A stretch of DNA of 64,000 nt from Candidatus Aenigmatarchaeota archaeon (GTDB taxonomy: Archaea; Aenigmatarchaeota; Aenigmatarchaeia; QMZP01; QMZT01). Of this stretch, positions 39,239 through 49,900 are shown piece by piece. The notes beneath the pieces are model-generated. The model was given only the letters and a program-made list of their open reading frames with translations. It ran no database searches and was not told the DNA's origin. The DNA lies in the NCBI GenBank assembly GCA_026397315.1, contig JAPLVC010000001.1:167742-231741 (forward strand), written 5' to 3'. Positions within the stretch are counted from its first letter, which is position 1; every line of letters begins with the position of its first letter. The translations under genes and the position numbers were made by a program.

Positions 39239-40489
39239 ATGAAACCGCGCATGTCCGTATACATCGAGACTTACGGCTGCACTGCCAGCCAGGCGCGCTC
39301 TGAAATAATGGAAGGTGCACTGGCGGCGAATCAGATGGCTATGGTCAAGCATCCTGCCAGAGCGGATGTTATTCTCCTAAACACGTGCATAGTCAAAACG
39401 CCCACGGAAAACAGGATACGTGACAGGATAAAATCATTGGTCAAGAAATATCCGCACAAAACCCTTGTCATTGCTGGTTGCGCAACCGATGTCGGGTTTT
39501 TCAGAAACATCGCACCCAACGCGCTTTTCCTGTCCTCGCATAAGCCGGAAGAAGTGACTAAACTACTTCTGAAAAAGACTAATGAAAAAACTGGTAAAAT
39601 GAGAAAGAACCCGCTGGTCGGGATAACAGAGATATCAAGCGGGTGCCTGGGAAAATGCTCGTATTGCATCGTCAGGCTGGCCAGGGGCGAGCTAAAGTCG
39701 AAAAGCCCGGACGAAATAATCGCTGAAGTTGAGCGCGCCCTGGCGGATGGCTGCATGGAGATATGGCTCACTAGCCAGGACAACTCATGTTACGGCTTCG
39801 ATATCGAAAGCAATCTTGCCGGGTTGCTCGAGAAAATAGCGAAACTGGACGGCAAATTCAGAATCCGCGTGGGCATGATGAACCCGTCGCACGCAAAACC
39901 GATTCTCAAGCGGCTACTGAAAGCTTACGCCAGCAAAAAGGTCTACAAATTTGTCCATATTCCGGTCCAGTCGGGCTCGGATAAAATCCTGAAGTCCATG
40001 GGTAGGGGTTACAGCGCTGGCGAATTCGAGAAGCTGGTGGACGCTTTCAGGCATGCTTTCCCGCTAGTCACGCTCTCCACAGACGTCATAGTCGGTTTCC
40101 CCGGAGAGACGGGCGGGAATTTTGAGAAGACATTGAAACTCATAGAGAGGATAAAGCCCGACATCGTCAACGTATCTAAATTCGGCGCGCGACCAGGGAC
40201 GATTGCTGCCCGCATGCGACAGCTAGACAACAGGATTATCAAGGAGCGTTCAGCAGCGATGGCGTCGCTCGTCAGGAGAATCGGCGCGGAGGCGAATAAA
40301 AAATGGCTGGGCAGGACGTGCGAGATATTCGTGACGGAGAAAGGCCGCGACAAAAAACAGTTCACCGGCAGAAACGAATCATACAAGCCCGTCATAGTCG
40401 AAGGAAAGCGACTGCTTGGAAAAGTGTTAAAAGTAAAAATTACAAAATGCGGTCAGACTTTCCTGGCCGCAAAGATCAACCAAAGCTAG
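39239..40489 (+). CDS. mtaB: tRNA t6A37 methylthiotransferase (archaeal MtaB/CDKAL1-like)
   Basis: ETYGC, LNTCIVK, AGC; radical SAM CLGKCSYC; RVGMMNP; HIPVQSG; TRAM domain. Confidence 0.92.
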   Translation: MKPRMSVYIETYGCTASQARSEIMEGALAANQMAMVKHPARADVILLNTCIVKTPTENRIRDRIKSLVKKYPHKTLVIAGCATDVGFFRNIAPNALFLSSHKPEEVTKLLLKKTNEKTGKMRKNPLVGITEISSGCLGKCSYCIVRLARGELKSKSPDEIIAEVERALADGCMEIWLTSQDNSCYGFDIESNLAGLLEKIAKLDGKFRIRVGMMNPSHAKPILKRLLKAYASKKVYKFVHIPVQSGSDKILKSMGRGYSAGEFEKLVDAFRHAFPLVTLSTDVIVGFPGETGGNFEKTLKLIERIKPDIVNVSKFGARPGTIAARMRQLDNRIIKERSAAMASLVRRIGAEANKKWLGRTCEIFVTEKGRDKKQFTGRNESYKPVIVEGKRLLGKVLKVKITKCGQTFLAAKINQS

Positions 40490-40904
40490 GCACGAAACCG
40501 CTGGCTATGCCCACGAGATACGGCACCACGAATATGCTTATGAAGTAGCCCGCTATGCCGACGATCAGCACGTGCGTGAACTTCATTTCTCTGAAGAACA
40601 ATTTTATTACCAGCACCCATATCAGCGCAGGCAGTATGATGCCAAGGAACGGTATGAACGAGATGTAAGGCATTATCAGCGCCGTGACGCCGAGCAGGTT
40701 CACCAGGTTTATTATAAGCACCACGATGAACGCGTTTACAAGCTTCACCTTCTCCTTGAACTTCATCTCCAGCATTTGCACCAGCAGGAGGAGCACTATC
40801 CCGCCTATCAGCGTGGACAGTATCAGGTTTATGGCCAGTGTTATGGGATTTGCGAAATTTATGCCTAGGCTGCCTACCAGATTCGTAAGAACGTCTGCTG
40901 CCAT
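40476..40904 (-). CDS. Hypothetical membrane protein (about 4 TM)
   Basis: Strongly hydrophobic 142-aa ORF downstream of glmS. Confidence 0.75.
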   Translation of the reverse strand: MAADVLTNLVGSLGINFANPITLAINLILSTLIGGIVLLLLVQMLEMKFKEKVKLVNAFIVVLIINLVNLLGVTALIMPYISFIPFLGIILPALIWVLVIKLFFREMKFTHVLIVGIAGYFISIFVVPYLVGIASGFVPSFG

Positions 40905-40947
40905 AATAATATTTTGGCCGCGGCCTCTTTTAAAGATGTTCTGAAAA

Positions 40948-42705
40948 TTACTTGACTGTAACCGATTTGGCCAGATTTCTGGGTGTGTCTATATCGCAGC
41001 CTCTCAGGTCGCCGAGGTGGTATGCCAGAAGCTGCACTGGTATTATGTTGACCATGGGCGATGCGAGGCCTACGTCTGGCGTCTTGAGCCAGAAATCGAA
41101 TACTTCGTATTTCTTCGGACCCACGCCTATTATGTATCCGCCTCGTGCCTTTATCTCCATCGCGTTGTTTACGGTGTCCTGGTCCGAGCCGTCGCCTGTG
41201 AGGACGATGCAGGGCGTGTTTTTCTCTATGAGGGCAATGGGGCCATGCTTCATTTCGCCCCCTGCGAAGCCGTGGGCATGTATGTAGCTGACTTCCATTA
41301 TTTTTATCGCTGACTCCATCGCCATTGGATAATTGAGCGAGCGGCCGATTATGTATATGTTTTTTTTGCGCTGCATGGAACACGCCAGCGCCCTTATCCT
41401 TTCGTCGTATCTTGGATTTAGCATGTCGTTTATTTTTGACGCAACCTCGAGAAGCAGCCGCTTGCCCTCTTCAATCCTGCCCGCACAGGCGTACGCCAGA
41501 AGATAGAGTATGGCCAGCTGGGCAGTCGTGGCTTTCGTCGAAGCGACCGCTTTCTCAGGGCCCGCGTTTATGTGGAACGTGAAATCCGACATGCGATGGA
41601 GAGTCGAGCCGCGCACGTTGACAAGCGATATGACCTTTGCGCCTTTTTCTCTGGCTACTCTTACTGCCTCGAGCACGTCCGCAGTCTCGCCACTCTGCGA
41701 GACCATTATGAGAAGCGTTTTCTTGGTCAGGAAATCTCTGTAACCGGGGAATTCGGAAGCGACGACGTGGTTGACGTGCTTTTTCGCTATGGAGGAAAAT
41801 ATGTATTCGCCAGTGTGGCAAACGTTGCCGGCGGTGCCGCATCCGATGAGGAAAACGCCGTAAGCTTTGTTTATAGCGGCCGCGACCTTTTTTATCTCGC
41901 CGTCGTTCTGGTTTATGGCGCGGATTATGGTCTCCTTCTGTTCCATTATTTCCTTTATCATGAAGTGGCGGTAATTGCCTTTTTCAGCGTGTTTCGCATC
42001 CCAGTCTATCTTTATAATGCGCTTTTCGATCCTGGTGCCAGTGCCTATGTTCCTGAATACCGGCTTCCGGTCACGCTCCAGGACTACCATTTCACCATCG
42101 TCGAGATACATGACATCTTTCGTCCTGTTCAAAAACGCAGGCACGTCCGACGCTATAAAATACTCGTCTCGACCCACACCGAGAATCAATGGCGAACCGT
42201 TCCTCGCCGCCACGATGCCGTCGAAATCGTTCTTTATAACAAGGACGGCCGACCGGCCTTTCAGTATTTTCATAGTCCTCATGACGGCCTCAGGAAGGCC
42301 AAGCTCGATGCTATCCTCTATGAGATGCGCTATTATCTCGCTGTCCGTATCGGACCTGAAAACATGGCCCTTCTTCACAAGGTCGCTTTTCAGCTTCTCG
42401 AAATTCTCTATTATGCCGTTGTGTATGACCGCTATGCGCTTGGTGCAATCGAGATGGGGATGCGCGTTCGCTTTCGTCACCTTGCCATGGGTCGCCCATC
42501 GTGTGTGCGCTATGCCGACAGAACCGGGGAGTTTCTCGAATCCGGCCTCGCTGACCTTGCCTTTGCTTTTCCTTACCCAGATTTTTTCCCCGTCAAGCGT
42601 GGCGAAGCCGTAAGAATCATAGCCTCTGTATTCCAGGCGTTTTAGCGAATCAAAAAGTATTGGAGTCGCATTCTTCGCTCCCACATAACCTATTATGCCG
42701 CACAT
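40948..42705 (-). CDS. glmS: Glutamine--fructose-6-phosphate aminotransferase
   Basis: MCGIIGY start, LEYRGYDS, HTRWATHG, SQSGETAD, PRNLAKSVTV. Confidence 0.98.
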   Translation of the reverse strand: MCGIIGYVGAKNATPILFDSLKRLEYRGYDSYGFATLDGEKIWVRKSKGKVSEAGFEKLPGSVGIAHTRWATHGKVTKANAHPHLDCTKRIAVIHNGIIENFEKLKSDLVKKGHVFRSDTDSEIIAHLIEDSIELGLPEAVMRTMKILKGRSAVLVIKNDFDGIVAARNGSPLILGVGRDEYFIASDVPAFLNRTKDVMYLDDGEMVVLERDRKPVFRNIGTGTRIEKRIIKIDWDAKHAEKGNYRHFMIKEIMEQKETIIRAINQNDGEIKKVAAAINKAYGVFLIGCGTAGNVCHTGEYIFSSIAKKHVNHVVASEFPGYRDFLTKKTLLIMVSQSGETADVLEAVRVAREKGAKVISLVNVRGSTLHRMSDFTFHINAGPEKAVASTKATTAQLAILYLLAYACAGRIEEGKRLLLEVASKINDMLNPRYDERIRALACSMQRKKNIYIIGRSLNYPMAMESAIKIMEVSYIHAHGFAGGEMKHGPIALIEKNTPCIVLTGDGSDQDTVNNAMEIKARGGYIIGVGPKKYEVFDFWLKTPDVGLASPMVNIIPVQLLAYHLGDLRGCDIDTPRNLAKSVTVK

Positions 42706-42777
42706 TGAAAGTGATTTCCCGCGAACCATATATATGGATTATTAAAGAAAATTTCATAGAACCAGCGAGCGACCGCA

Positions 42778-42793
42778 AAGTATTTAAATACTT
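42778..42793. promoter_or_regulatory. Perfect 16-bp palindrome AAGTATTTAAATACTT containing a TATA box, in the glmS/regulator divergent region
   Basis: Read directly; BRE-like CGCAAAG at its left end. Confidence 0.55.
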
Positions 42794-42855
42794 ATATTAA
42801 AATAAAAACAATAATATTATAAAAAAATTCATGGTATCATTCCAGGAGGCGCATT

Positions 42856-43782
42856 ATGAAGGAAAAACACTATCTCATGAAGAGCGGCAACGAGGATGCT
42901 ATAACGCCGGCCAGATTTTTTGAGAAGCCTGACATCCTTAGAGCGATGGCCAGCCCGCTGGGGTTTCGCATACTCCAGATGCTCGCAACGCCGCGCTGTC
43001 CCATGGACATAGCCAGGAAGCTGGGCGAGCACGAGCAGAAAGTCTATTATCACATAAACAAGTTCAGGAAGCACGGCCTCGTGGAGGAAGTGAAGAGCGA
43101 GAAACGCAAAGGCACGCTTGCCAAGTTTTACCAGACAAGGGAAAACGCCTTTGCATTCAAGCTTGGCGAGGCGAAATGGCAGACGCTATCGTCGCTGGTT
43201 CACGAACGTAAGAGGTCGTTAGAGCCGTTCGTGTCGAATGGCAAGGCCGATTTCATAATCATCGTGGGATCGCCTGACCCGCACGGCCCGTGGAACGAGC
43301 GCGCGCTCGATTCACCAACAGCGATAGACCTGGCGCTCTTCATCGGATCTTTCATAAGCGAGAAAGTCACGCCAGTCTACAAGCTAGACGTGGAAACGAG
43401 GGAGAAAGACCTGAAAAACAACCTCATTCTCGTCGGAGGACCGATAGTCAACATGGTGACGAAAAGGGTGAACAAAATCCTGCCCGTCAACTTCGAGCCG
43501 AACAAGAGGGACATAATATCGAGGATATCTAAAAACGTCTACAGGGACGACCAGTTCGGCGCCATAAACCTGATAGAGAACCCGTGGAACCGGTCGAAAA
43601 AGATTCTCGTCTTCGCCGGCAAGCGCTTCCCCGGAACGCGCGCTGCCATCCTGGCCTTCATGAACGATCACCAGCGGCTACTGAAGGGAAACCGCTTCGA
43701 TAGGACAAAAATCTCGCGCGTCGTGAGAGGGTATGACATGGACGGCGATGGCGTGATAGACAGCGCAGAAATAATGGAGTAA
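42856..43782 (+). CDS. ArsR-like winged-HTH regulator fused to an S-layer-C-terminal-like domain
   Basis: SPLGFRILQML...DIARKLGEHEQKVYYHINKF; NLILVGGPIVNMVT; terminal DMDGDGVID; SD AGGAGG. Confidence 0.75.
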   Translation: MKEKHYLMKSGNEDAITPARFFEKPDILRAMASPLGFRILQMLATPRCPMDIARKLGEHEQKVYYHINKFRKHGLVEEVKSEKRKGTLAKFYQTRENAFAFKLGEAKWQTLSSLVHERKRSLEPFVSNGKADFIIIVGSPDPHGPWNERALDSPTAIDLALFIGSFISEKVTPVYKLDVETREKDLKNNLILVGGPIVNMVTKRVNKILPVNFEPNKRDIISRISKNVYRDDQFGAINLIENPWNRSKKILVFAGKRFPGTRAAILAFMNDHQRLLKGNRFDRTKISRVVRGYDMDGDGVIDSAEIME

Positions 43783-43791
43783 AAAGTCGTT

Positions 43792-44904
43792 TTATTTTAA
43801 TTTAACAGCCCAATATGACGGATCTGACTTGGCTCCCATTTTCCTTTTCATGTCGTCTAGCCCCCTAAGCTCGGATCCTCCGAGAAGAACTTCGTCGAAA
43901 TTTCTTGCCTCCAAGTCTTCAAAGATAGTGAGATAAGTTGCTGCCGGCATTGCAGTAAAACCTCTTTTCCGTTCCTTTTTGTCTGCAATTGTTTCATTAG
44001 GATTCATTCCAAGTTCATTGAATACAAACATCGTATCTCTTAGTGTAAACGGCGTATATAAAGCGACTCTCTTGTCAGAAAGTTTCTCACCAACAAACAA
44101 TGAGACAGGCAGATTGTCCAAAAAACCTAAATGCGCAATTGTAGAATCCAATCTTGCTATTTTTGCATCTATAGAATTGTAGTGATCTTCGGGAACAGAG
44201 CCAACTTGCTTGCCTGCTTTTCTGAGCATATCAAAATGCTTTTCAACAATAATCTTTGCAATCTCATAATCTTCTTCTCCTCGATATTGTCTTAGGTGAT
44301 ATCTCAGTCCATTTCTTTTTAAAAAGTTATCAAATCTGTTGGACGCCAGTCTTAATTTTTCATTGCTTTTGATTGCATTATCCAAATTTATCAAAGAATG
44401 TGAAAAGGTTTCATCCTCTCTAGAGGCAGATGCATGCCAAGGATTATGAGATTCATCCACAGACAGAAAGCCTTTATTTAATAGTTCATCGTATTGTTCT
44501 CTGATCAAAAAACGTGCATAAACTCCTTTGCAAGGTATTTTGCAATCACTTATTGCAGCATCAGTAAATTCCATGATTTTCTTTGTTGCATTTCTACCTC
44601 TGGGTGAAACCACAAAAATATAGCCAGTAGAATCTTTTGGGTCCGATTCTTTCCTGTAGTATCCGATGGAAAATAAGGTTTCTCCGTCTTCAAAAACCAG
44701 CCCGAACGGATGATTTGAACTCCTACCTCTCGAGTTATTACCGTTTGAGTAGAGGGCAAAACCTATATTGCTTACGCCATAACTGCCATCTTTGTATCTG
44801 TCGATTGTTCCTTTTCGGGCTTCTTCTGCCGTAAAGGACCTGACACTGTCAAAATTTTCCAGTAAATATTTTTCCAGGATGTCTCTATTATTTTCGCTAC
44901 TCAT
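43792..44904 (-). CDS. Hypothetical protein, possible tandem GNAT-fold (DUF2156/FemAB-like) transferase
   Basis: C-terminal EVLLGGSELRGLDDMKRKMG resembles the Gly-rich/GL..K end of such folds; AT-rich. Confidence 0.45.
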   Translation of the reverse strand: MSSENNRDILEKYLLENFDSVRSFTAEEARKGTIDRYKDGSYGVSNIGFALYSNGNNSRGRSSNHPFGLVFEDGETLFSIGYYRKESDPKDSTGYIFVVSPRGRNATKKIMEFTDAAISDCKIPCKGVYARFLIREQYDELLNKGFLSVDESHNPWHASASREDETFSHSLINLDNAIKSNEKLRLASNRFDNFLKRNGLRYHLRQYRGEEDYEIAKIIVEKHFDMLRKAGKQVGSVPEDHYNSIDAKIARLDSTIAHLGFLDNLPVSLFVGEKLSDKRVALYTPFTLRDTMFVFNELGMNPNETIADKKERKRGFTAMPAATYLTIFEDLEARNFDEVLLGGSELRGLDDMKRKMGAKSDPSYWAVKLK

Positions 44905-44939
44905 AAATAGTTAGTAATGACATATTTTATAAAATGTTG

Positions 44940-44957
44940 TAGTAAAAACTTTTACTA
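44940..44957. promoter_or_regulatory. Inverted repeat TAGTAAAA-AC-TTTTACTA, candidate TrmB-family operator
   Basis: Lies between two divergent TATA-like elements in the 87-bp intergenic region. Confidence 0.5.
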
Positions 44958-44991
44958 AAATATTTAAAAGGATAGGAATCCATTTTATATA

Positions 44992-45723
44992 ATGAAAGAA
45001 GTTCTCAAGGAACTTGGATTGACGAACAACGAAACCGAGGTATATCTTACGCTTTTGAGAAAGGGCTCGATATCGGTTAACGAGATTGCCCAACGTTCTG
45101 GATTGCATCGGCAAGCGGTGTATGACGCGCTGGACAGGCTTCTCGAAAAGGGATTTGTAAGCTTCGTCATTAAAAACGGCAAGAAATATTTCCAGGGCAT
45201 AAAACCGGAGAAGATATCGGAATATCTCAAGGAAAAGGAGGAGAAGTTCAATTCCATTTTACCTGGGCTGATTGACCTTACAAAACTTCCGAGAGAAGAC
45301 ACGTTCGTCGAAGTGTTCAAAAGCAAAGGAATCGTCAAGACAGTTTACAGCGATATAATAAATGAATTTCAGAAAAAATCGGGGGATGTTTTGATTTCAG
45401 GAGTTGATGAAAGAAAATTCATGGAAGAAGACAAAATCGCTCTATGCCAGCACCTCAAAAAATTGCAAAAACTCAAGTGCATGGAAAGAATCATGATAAA
45501 GGATGGCGACACTTATTTTGTCAAAGGCGCTCAGACCGAATACAGATGGGTTCCCGCGGAATCGTTTAACCCGACTCCGATTTACGTTTATGGCAATAAA
45601 ATGGCGTTCATCATCTGGGGCAACCCTAATTACGCCATCATAATCGAAAACAAAAACCTTGCCGATTCGTACAGAAAGCAATTTAATATGATATGGAAAA
45701 TTTCCAAAAAAGCGGGAAAATAG
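44992..45723 (+). CDS. TrmB-family transcriptional regulator
   Basis: LGLTNNETEVYLTLL...IAQRSGLHRQAVYDALDRLLEKG; C-terminal YGNKMAFI...FNMIW. Confidence 0.92.
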   Translation: MKEVLKELGLTNNETEVYLTLLRKGSISVNEIAQRSGLHRQAVYDALDRLLEKGFVSFVIKNGKKYFQGIKPEKISEYLKEKEEKFNSILPGLIDLTKLPREDTFVEVFKSKGIVKTVYSDIINEFQKKSGDVLISGVDERKFMEEDKIALCQHLKKLQKLKCMERIMIKDGDTYFVKGAQTEYRWVPAESFNPTPIYVYGNKMAFIIWGNPNYAIIIENKNLADSYRKQFNMIWKISKKAGK

Positions 45724-45730
45724 GCGCGCC

Positions 45731-46924
45731 TTATTCGAAAATCATGGCTCTCGGTTGATTGGCCTGTTCCCTGGCGTTCTGCTCTATAGCAGCGAGCGCC
45801 GTGTCTATGTCGCTCTTCATCTTGTCGAAGCGCTTCTCGTAATTAGTGACGAAGTCGTTTATGAACTGCGTCGTGTGGGCGCGGAATACCTTTATCTCGT
45901 CCGTCTGCTTGATGAGTTCCGACGTCGACTTGTCTTCTGTGTGAGAAAGCCGCGCTATGATCTTGTCGCTCGCGTCGTTGAGTTTCGCCACCACGTTCTC
46001 ATTGAAGGCTTTCTGGTCGTCGGTCATCTTGGTTATGCGCTCGTCAGTCCATTTCTTGAGGTTGTCGATGCCAACCTCGGCGTTTTTCAGCCTGTTGTCG
46101 AAATATGAGTTCTTCTCCTTTAGCGAGTCTATCCTGCCGGCGAAGTTCTTGAGATCGACTGAAAGGTTGTCGAAGTCGTGCTTTATGTTTTCCTTCTTTA
46201 CTGCGAACATGTCCAGCTTTCCCGCTACGGACGTTTCGAATTCCTTCATCCTCGTTTTCTGGTCGGAGGCGAATTTCTCGAAGTCCTTGACGTCCTTGTT
46301 CAGCCTGTTTTCCAGGTCACGGACCTTAATCAGCTCGCTGTTCATCTCCTTTTCGATGCTGCCTATCTTCTCGTTTATCACGTTCTTCAGAGCCTCGTTC
46401 TTGCCCGCGAGCTCGTAGAGCGACTTGTTCAGGGAATTGATGTTACTGGTCAGCGACGCGATTTTCTTATCATACTCGCCGTTTCTCTCCATCACTTTCC
46501 GGGCGTTTTCCATGACCAGTTTCGAGTCTTTCTGGTTCTTGTCTATCATGTCCTTTGACTGCGCCATGAGCGTTGCGCTTATGGCTTTCGCCCTTTCCGT
46601 GAGCTGCGAATTGAGCTCGCGCGTCTCCAGCTTGACGTCTTCTTCGAGCTTCATTCTCATTGCGGCCTGGCGGCTTTCCAGGGACGCTATCGACTTCTCG
46701 AGGGATATCATGAAAGAGCGGATTGACGAGAGTTTCTCGTCCTTAGTTTCCGACTTGCCCGTCATGCTCGCGAGCTCGTTCTTGAGGAACTCTATGTCGC
46801 TGGTGTTCTTGTCAGTCGTCTTTTTCAGCTGCTCCACGAGGTATTCGTGCTTCTCGTGAAGCTCTTCCTTCTCCCGCTTGATTTCGTTTATCCTTTCCTT
46901 TATTTTGTCCAGTTTTTCGTTCAT
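45731..46924 (-). CDS. Coiled-coil protein (397 aa)
   Basis: All-helical K/E/D-rich heptads; ATGA overlap with the upstream gene. Confidence 0.85.
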   Translation of the reverse strand: MNEKLDKIKERINEIKREKEELHEKHEYLVEQLKKTTDKNTSDIEFLKNELASMTGKSETKDEKLSSIRSFMISLEKSIASLESRQAAMRMKLEEDVKLETRELNSQLTERAKAISATLMAQSKDMIDKNQKDSKLVMENARKVMERNGEYDKKIASLTSNINSLNKSLYELAGKNEALKNVINEKIGSIEKEMNSELIKVRDLENRLNKDVKDFEKFASDQKTRMKEFETSVAGKLDMFAVKKENIKHDFDNLSVDLKNFAGRIDSLKEKNSYFDNRLKNAEVGIDNLKKWTDERITKMTDDQKAFNENVVAKLNDASDKIIARLSHTEDKSTSELIKQTDEIKVFRAHTTQFINDFVTNYEKRFDKMKSDIDTALAAIEQNAREQANQPRAMIFE

Positions 46925-49900
46925 GATTCCACGTGCTTAAGAAGCTCGTCGAGTTCCGCTTCCTTTTCCTTCTTCGTTCTCGAAACATGTTCGGAAACCG
47001 CGCCGATCTTTTTCTCGACGTCGGCCATCCTGGCTCCGATTATCTGCTCCTGCGTGCGCAGGCGCTTCTCCATTTCCTTGAGGAAGTTGTTCATCCTGGC
47101 CATGTTGTTTTCGTCCAGCGTCCTGCCCAGCGATTTGACGTCGTCGAGGACTAGAGTCCTGGCCTTTTTGACGGTGTATATGTCCTCTTTCATACCATCG
47201 ATTTTTTCGCTGAGTCTGCCCACTTTTTCAACGGCCTTGCTGACGAAGACATGCATTTCGTCTATCTCCGTCTTGAGTGACGCTTTCGAATCCACAATGT
47301 CGCGCTTCTTGTTTTCGTTCAGCGACGCGAGTTTGCCATCGACCATCACCGTGTTTTCCTTTATTATCTCGTTCTTGAACGAGTTCTTTATTCCCGCGAA
47401 CGCGTTTATGGCGGCGTCCACGTCCTTCATCCTTTTCGTCATCTCGCCCTTTAGAATCATGAGCTCCTTGAGGTATTTGTCCGTTTCCTTGCGCCTTTGG
47501 GCCTCGCCTGTCTGGAATTTGCCCTTGAGGCCTTCGGCCAGCGCTTCCACGTCGCGCCTCGCTTTTTCCGCCTTCTCGACCGTCTCTTCCATGGAGAGCT
47601 CGAAGTCGTCCGTCTTTTCGGCGATTATCTCGTCGAACTTGTCTTTAAGCTGGCCTGTTATTTCCGCTAGGCCTTTGCTCATGGTCTTGTTGTCCGTTTC
47701 GAGCACCTTAACCCTGCTGTCGAGACCCGCCGAATATTCTCCAAATCTTGCCTTGAACTCCCTTTCTATCGCCGCCCTTGTCCTGTCTGTCTTGTCCTCT
47801 CTCTTTGCCTCGGCGGCCTCGAACTGCTTTTTGACAGCAGCCACCTCGGCCCTAGCGGCATTGAGACCGGCTGAAATGTCGTCCGTTATGGCCTTGACGG
47901 TCGTTTCAACGTCCGCCCTGAGGGCGACGACCACCTTGTCGAGTTCGCCTGTCTTCTTGCCCGTAATCTTGTCCACTTCGAGTCTGATTTTGTCGACGAC
48001 AGCGACTATGTCGCTCCTCAGCGCTTTCATGTCGATTTCCAGTGTCCTGGTTCTTGCATCCGTCTTGACTGCGAAATCGTCGAGTTTTAGTTTGAACTCC
48101 TTGTCGAGGGCGAGCTTCGCCTTCTCTGCCTTCTCGCTTCGCCTGAGCTCGCCCGCCTCGAACTCCTTGCGTATGAAAGTCGCGCTTTTCTCGTATTGCC
48201 CTTTAAGCGCGAGGACCTCGGCCTTCATTTCCTCGAAGTTTTCGAGTATCTCCGCGTTCACAATCTTGACGCGCTCCTCGAAATCCCTGCGTAAACCAGC
48301 GACGATCCTGTCCGTTTCGTCCGTCTTTTTGCCAGTGACCTTGTCAACATCAAGCCTTAGTTTGCCGACCGTCTTTTCCAGCTCCACCCTGAAGCTGGTG
48401 ATGTTAGCTTCCGCCTCGCGTATCCTGGCGTCCGTGCCTTTCATCAGTTCGGCGAGCTTGTTCTCCATCTCGTCTTTCGACGCCCCAAACCTTTCGTCTA
48501 TGCCGGCGACGATGTCCTTGACGCGTTCCTGAACGCCTGAAAGGCTTTCCGTGTAAATCTCTTTTTTCAGCTCCTTCTTTATCAGCGAGAATTCGGCTAT
48601 CCTCTTGTCGACGTCCTCTAGTTTCTCGTCTATCTTGCCTTTGGCCGCTATGAACTCCTTGAGCATCCTGTCTATTTCCTTCGCTTTTTTGACCTCGCTT
48701 TTCTCGACGTCGCTCTTGAAGGTGCTTATGACCAGGCCCACGTCCTTTTCCATCGCCTTCATGTCGAGGACGAGCGACTTTACTTCCTTGCCGAATTCCT
48801 TGGTCTTGGCCTGGATTATGGAGTCGAACTTCTCGCTGAGGTCGACGGTGAAATTATCAGTCGCTTTCATGAGCGAGGTTATCTCGTCCTCGGCCGCTTT
48901 GAGCCTGTTATCAGTTTTACCCTCGAAGGCTGCGAAGCGGCTGTCGACGTCTTTCTGAAGCGTTTTTGAATATGCCGCCGCTTCCCTGTCTTTGACGACG
49001 TCGCGCTTATCGAACTCCTTTTGCAGGAACTCTATCTTTTTGTCCGTCTCTGCTTTCAGGTTGGTGACAGTTGCCTGGAAGCCTGTGTTGAACTCGTCGA
49101 AATCGCTTTCCAGCGACGCTATCTTGTCCACGAGGCCGTCCTCGACCAGCTCGAACTTCTTTTCCATCTCCTCGAATATGGCCTGCGTCTTCTCGTGAAC
49201 GCCTGCAAGGCTTTCCTTGACTATCTGCTTGCGCAGCGTGTCGGCCATTTTGGAGAATTTGTCAAGCTCGAGCGATACTTCGCTTATTTTCTCGTCCACT
49301 TCGCCCTTAACAACCATGAATTCTTTGATAACCTTGTCAATGTCCTTCTGCCTCTTTATCTCGCTCTTGTCAAACGCCTTTCCCAGCAGGTCGACGGTCT
49401 TGGAAAGCTCGGCCTTGTTGTTGTCGACGTTCCTAGATATGTCGTCTATCTGGGCGTTGAGGGCGTCCGTCTCGGCCTCGACTTTCTTGGTCATGAGAGC
49501 CTGCATGGACGCGAAGCCGGTCTCTATCTTCTTCTCCCGCCTCTCCTCGCCCAGCTCGACTTTCCTGTCTATTGTCCCTATGAGCTTCTCTGCCTCTTTT
49601 TTCGAGGTCAGCAGTTCCGTTCTGAGCGCGCCGAGGTTCGCATCCCATGCGGCAGCCGAATCTTGCACCTGCTTGTCAACCTTCGCCTTCATCTGTGTTA
49701 TGAGAACATCAAATTCCTTCGTCTTGGCCGCCGTGAAGTCGCGGGTCTCGACCTTCGCCCGGCCGAGCGTTTTCTCAAGATCGACCCTGAACTTGCTCAG
49801 CTCTTTCTCCGAGTCCATCGTCTTCTTTTCGACGTCCTCTTTTACCTGGTCTATGCTGCCGCCCATGTCGTCCATCCTGGCATAAATCTGGGCGGTCTCT

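Noticed and set aside
46847-48532. 561-aa plus-strand ORF and other long antisense ORFs over the coiled-coil, rpo, guaAB and glmS genes
   Set aside because: Ser/Phe/Leu-rich mirror translations caused by codon bias of the real minus-strand genes; no motifs or initiation signals.
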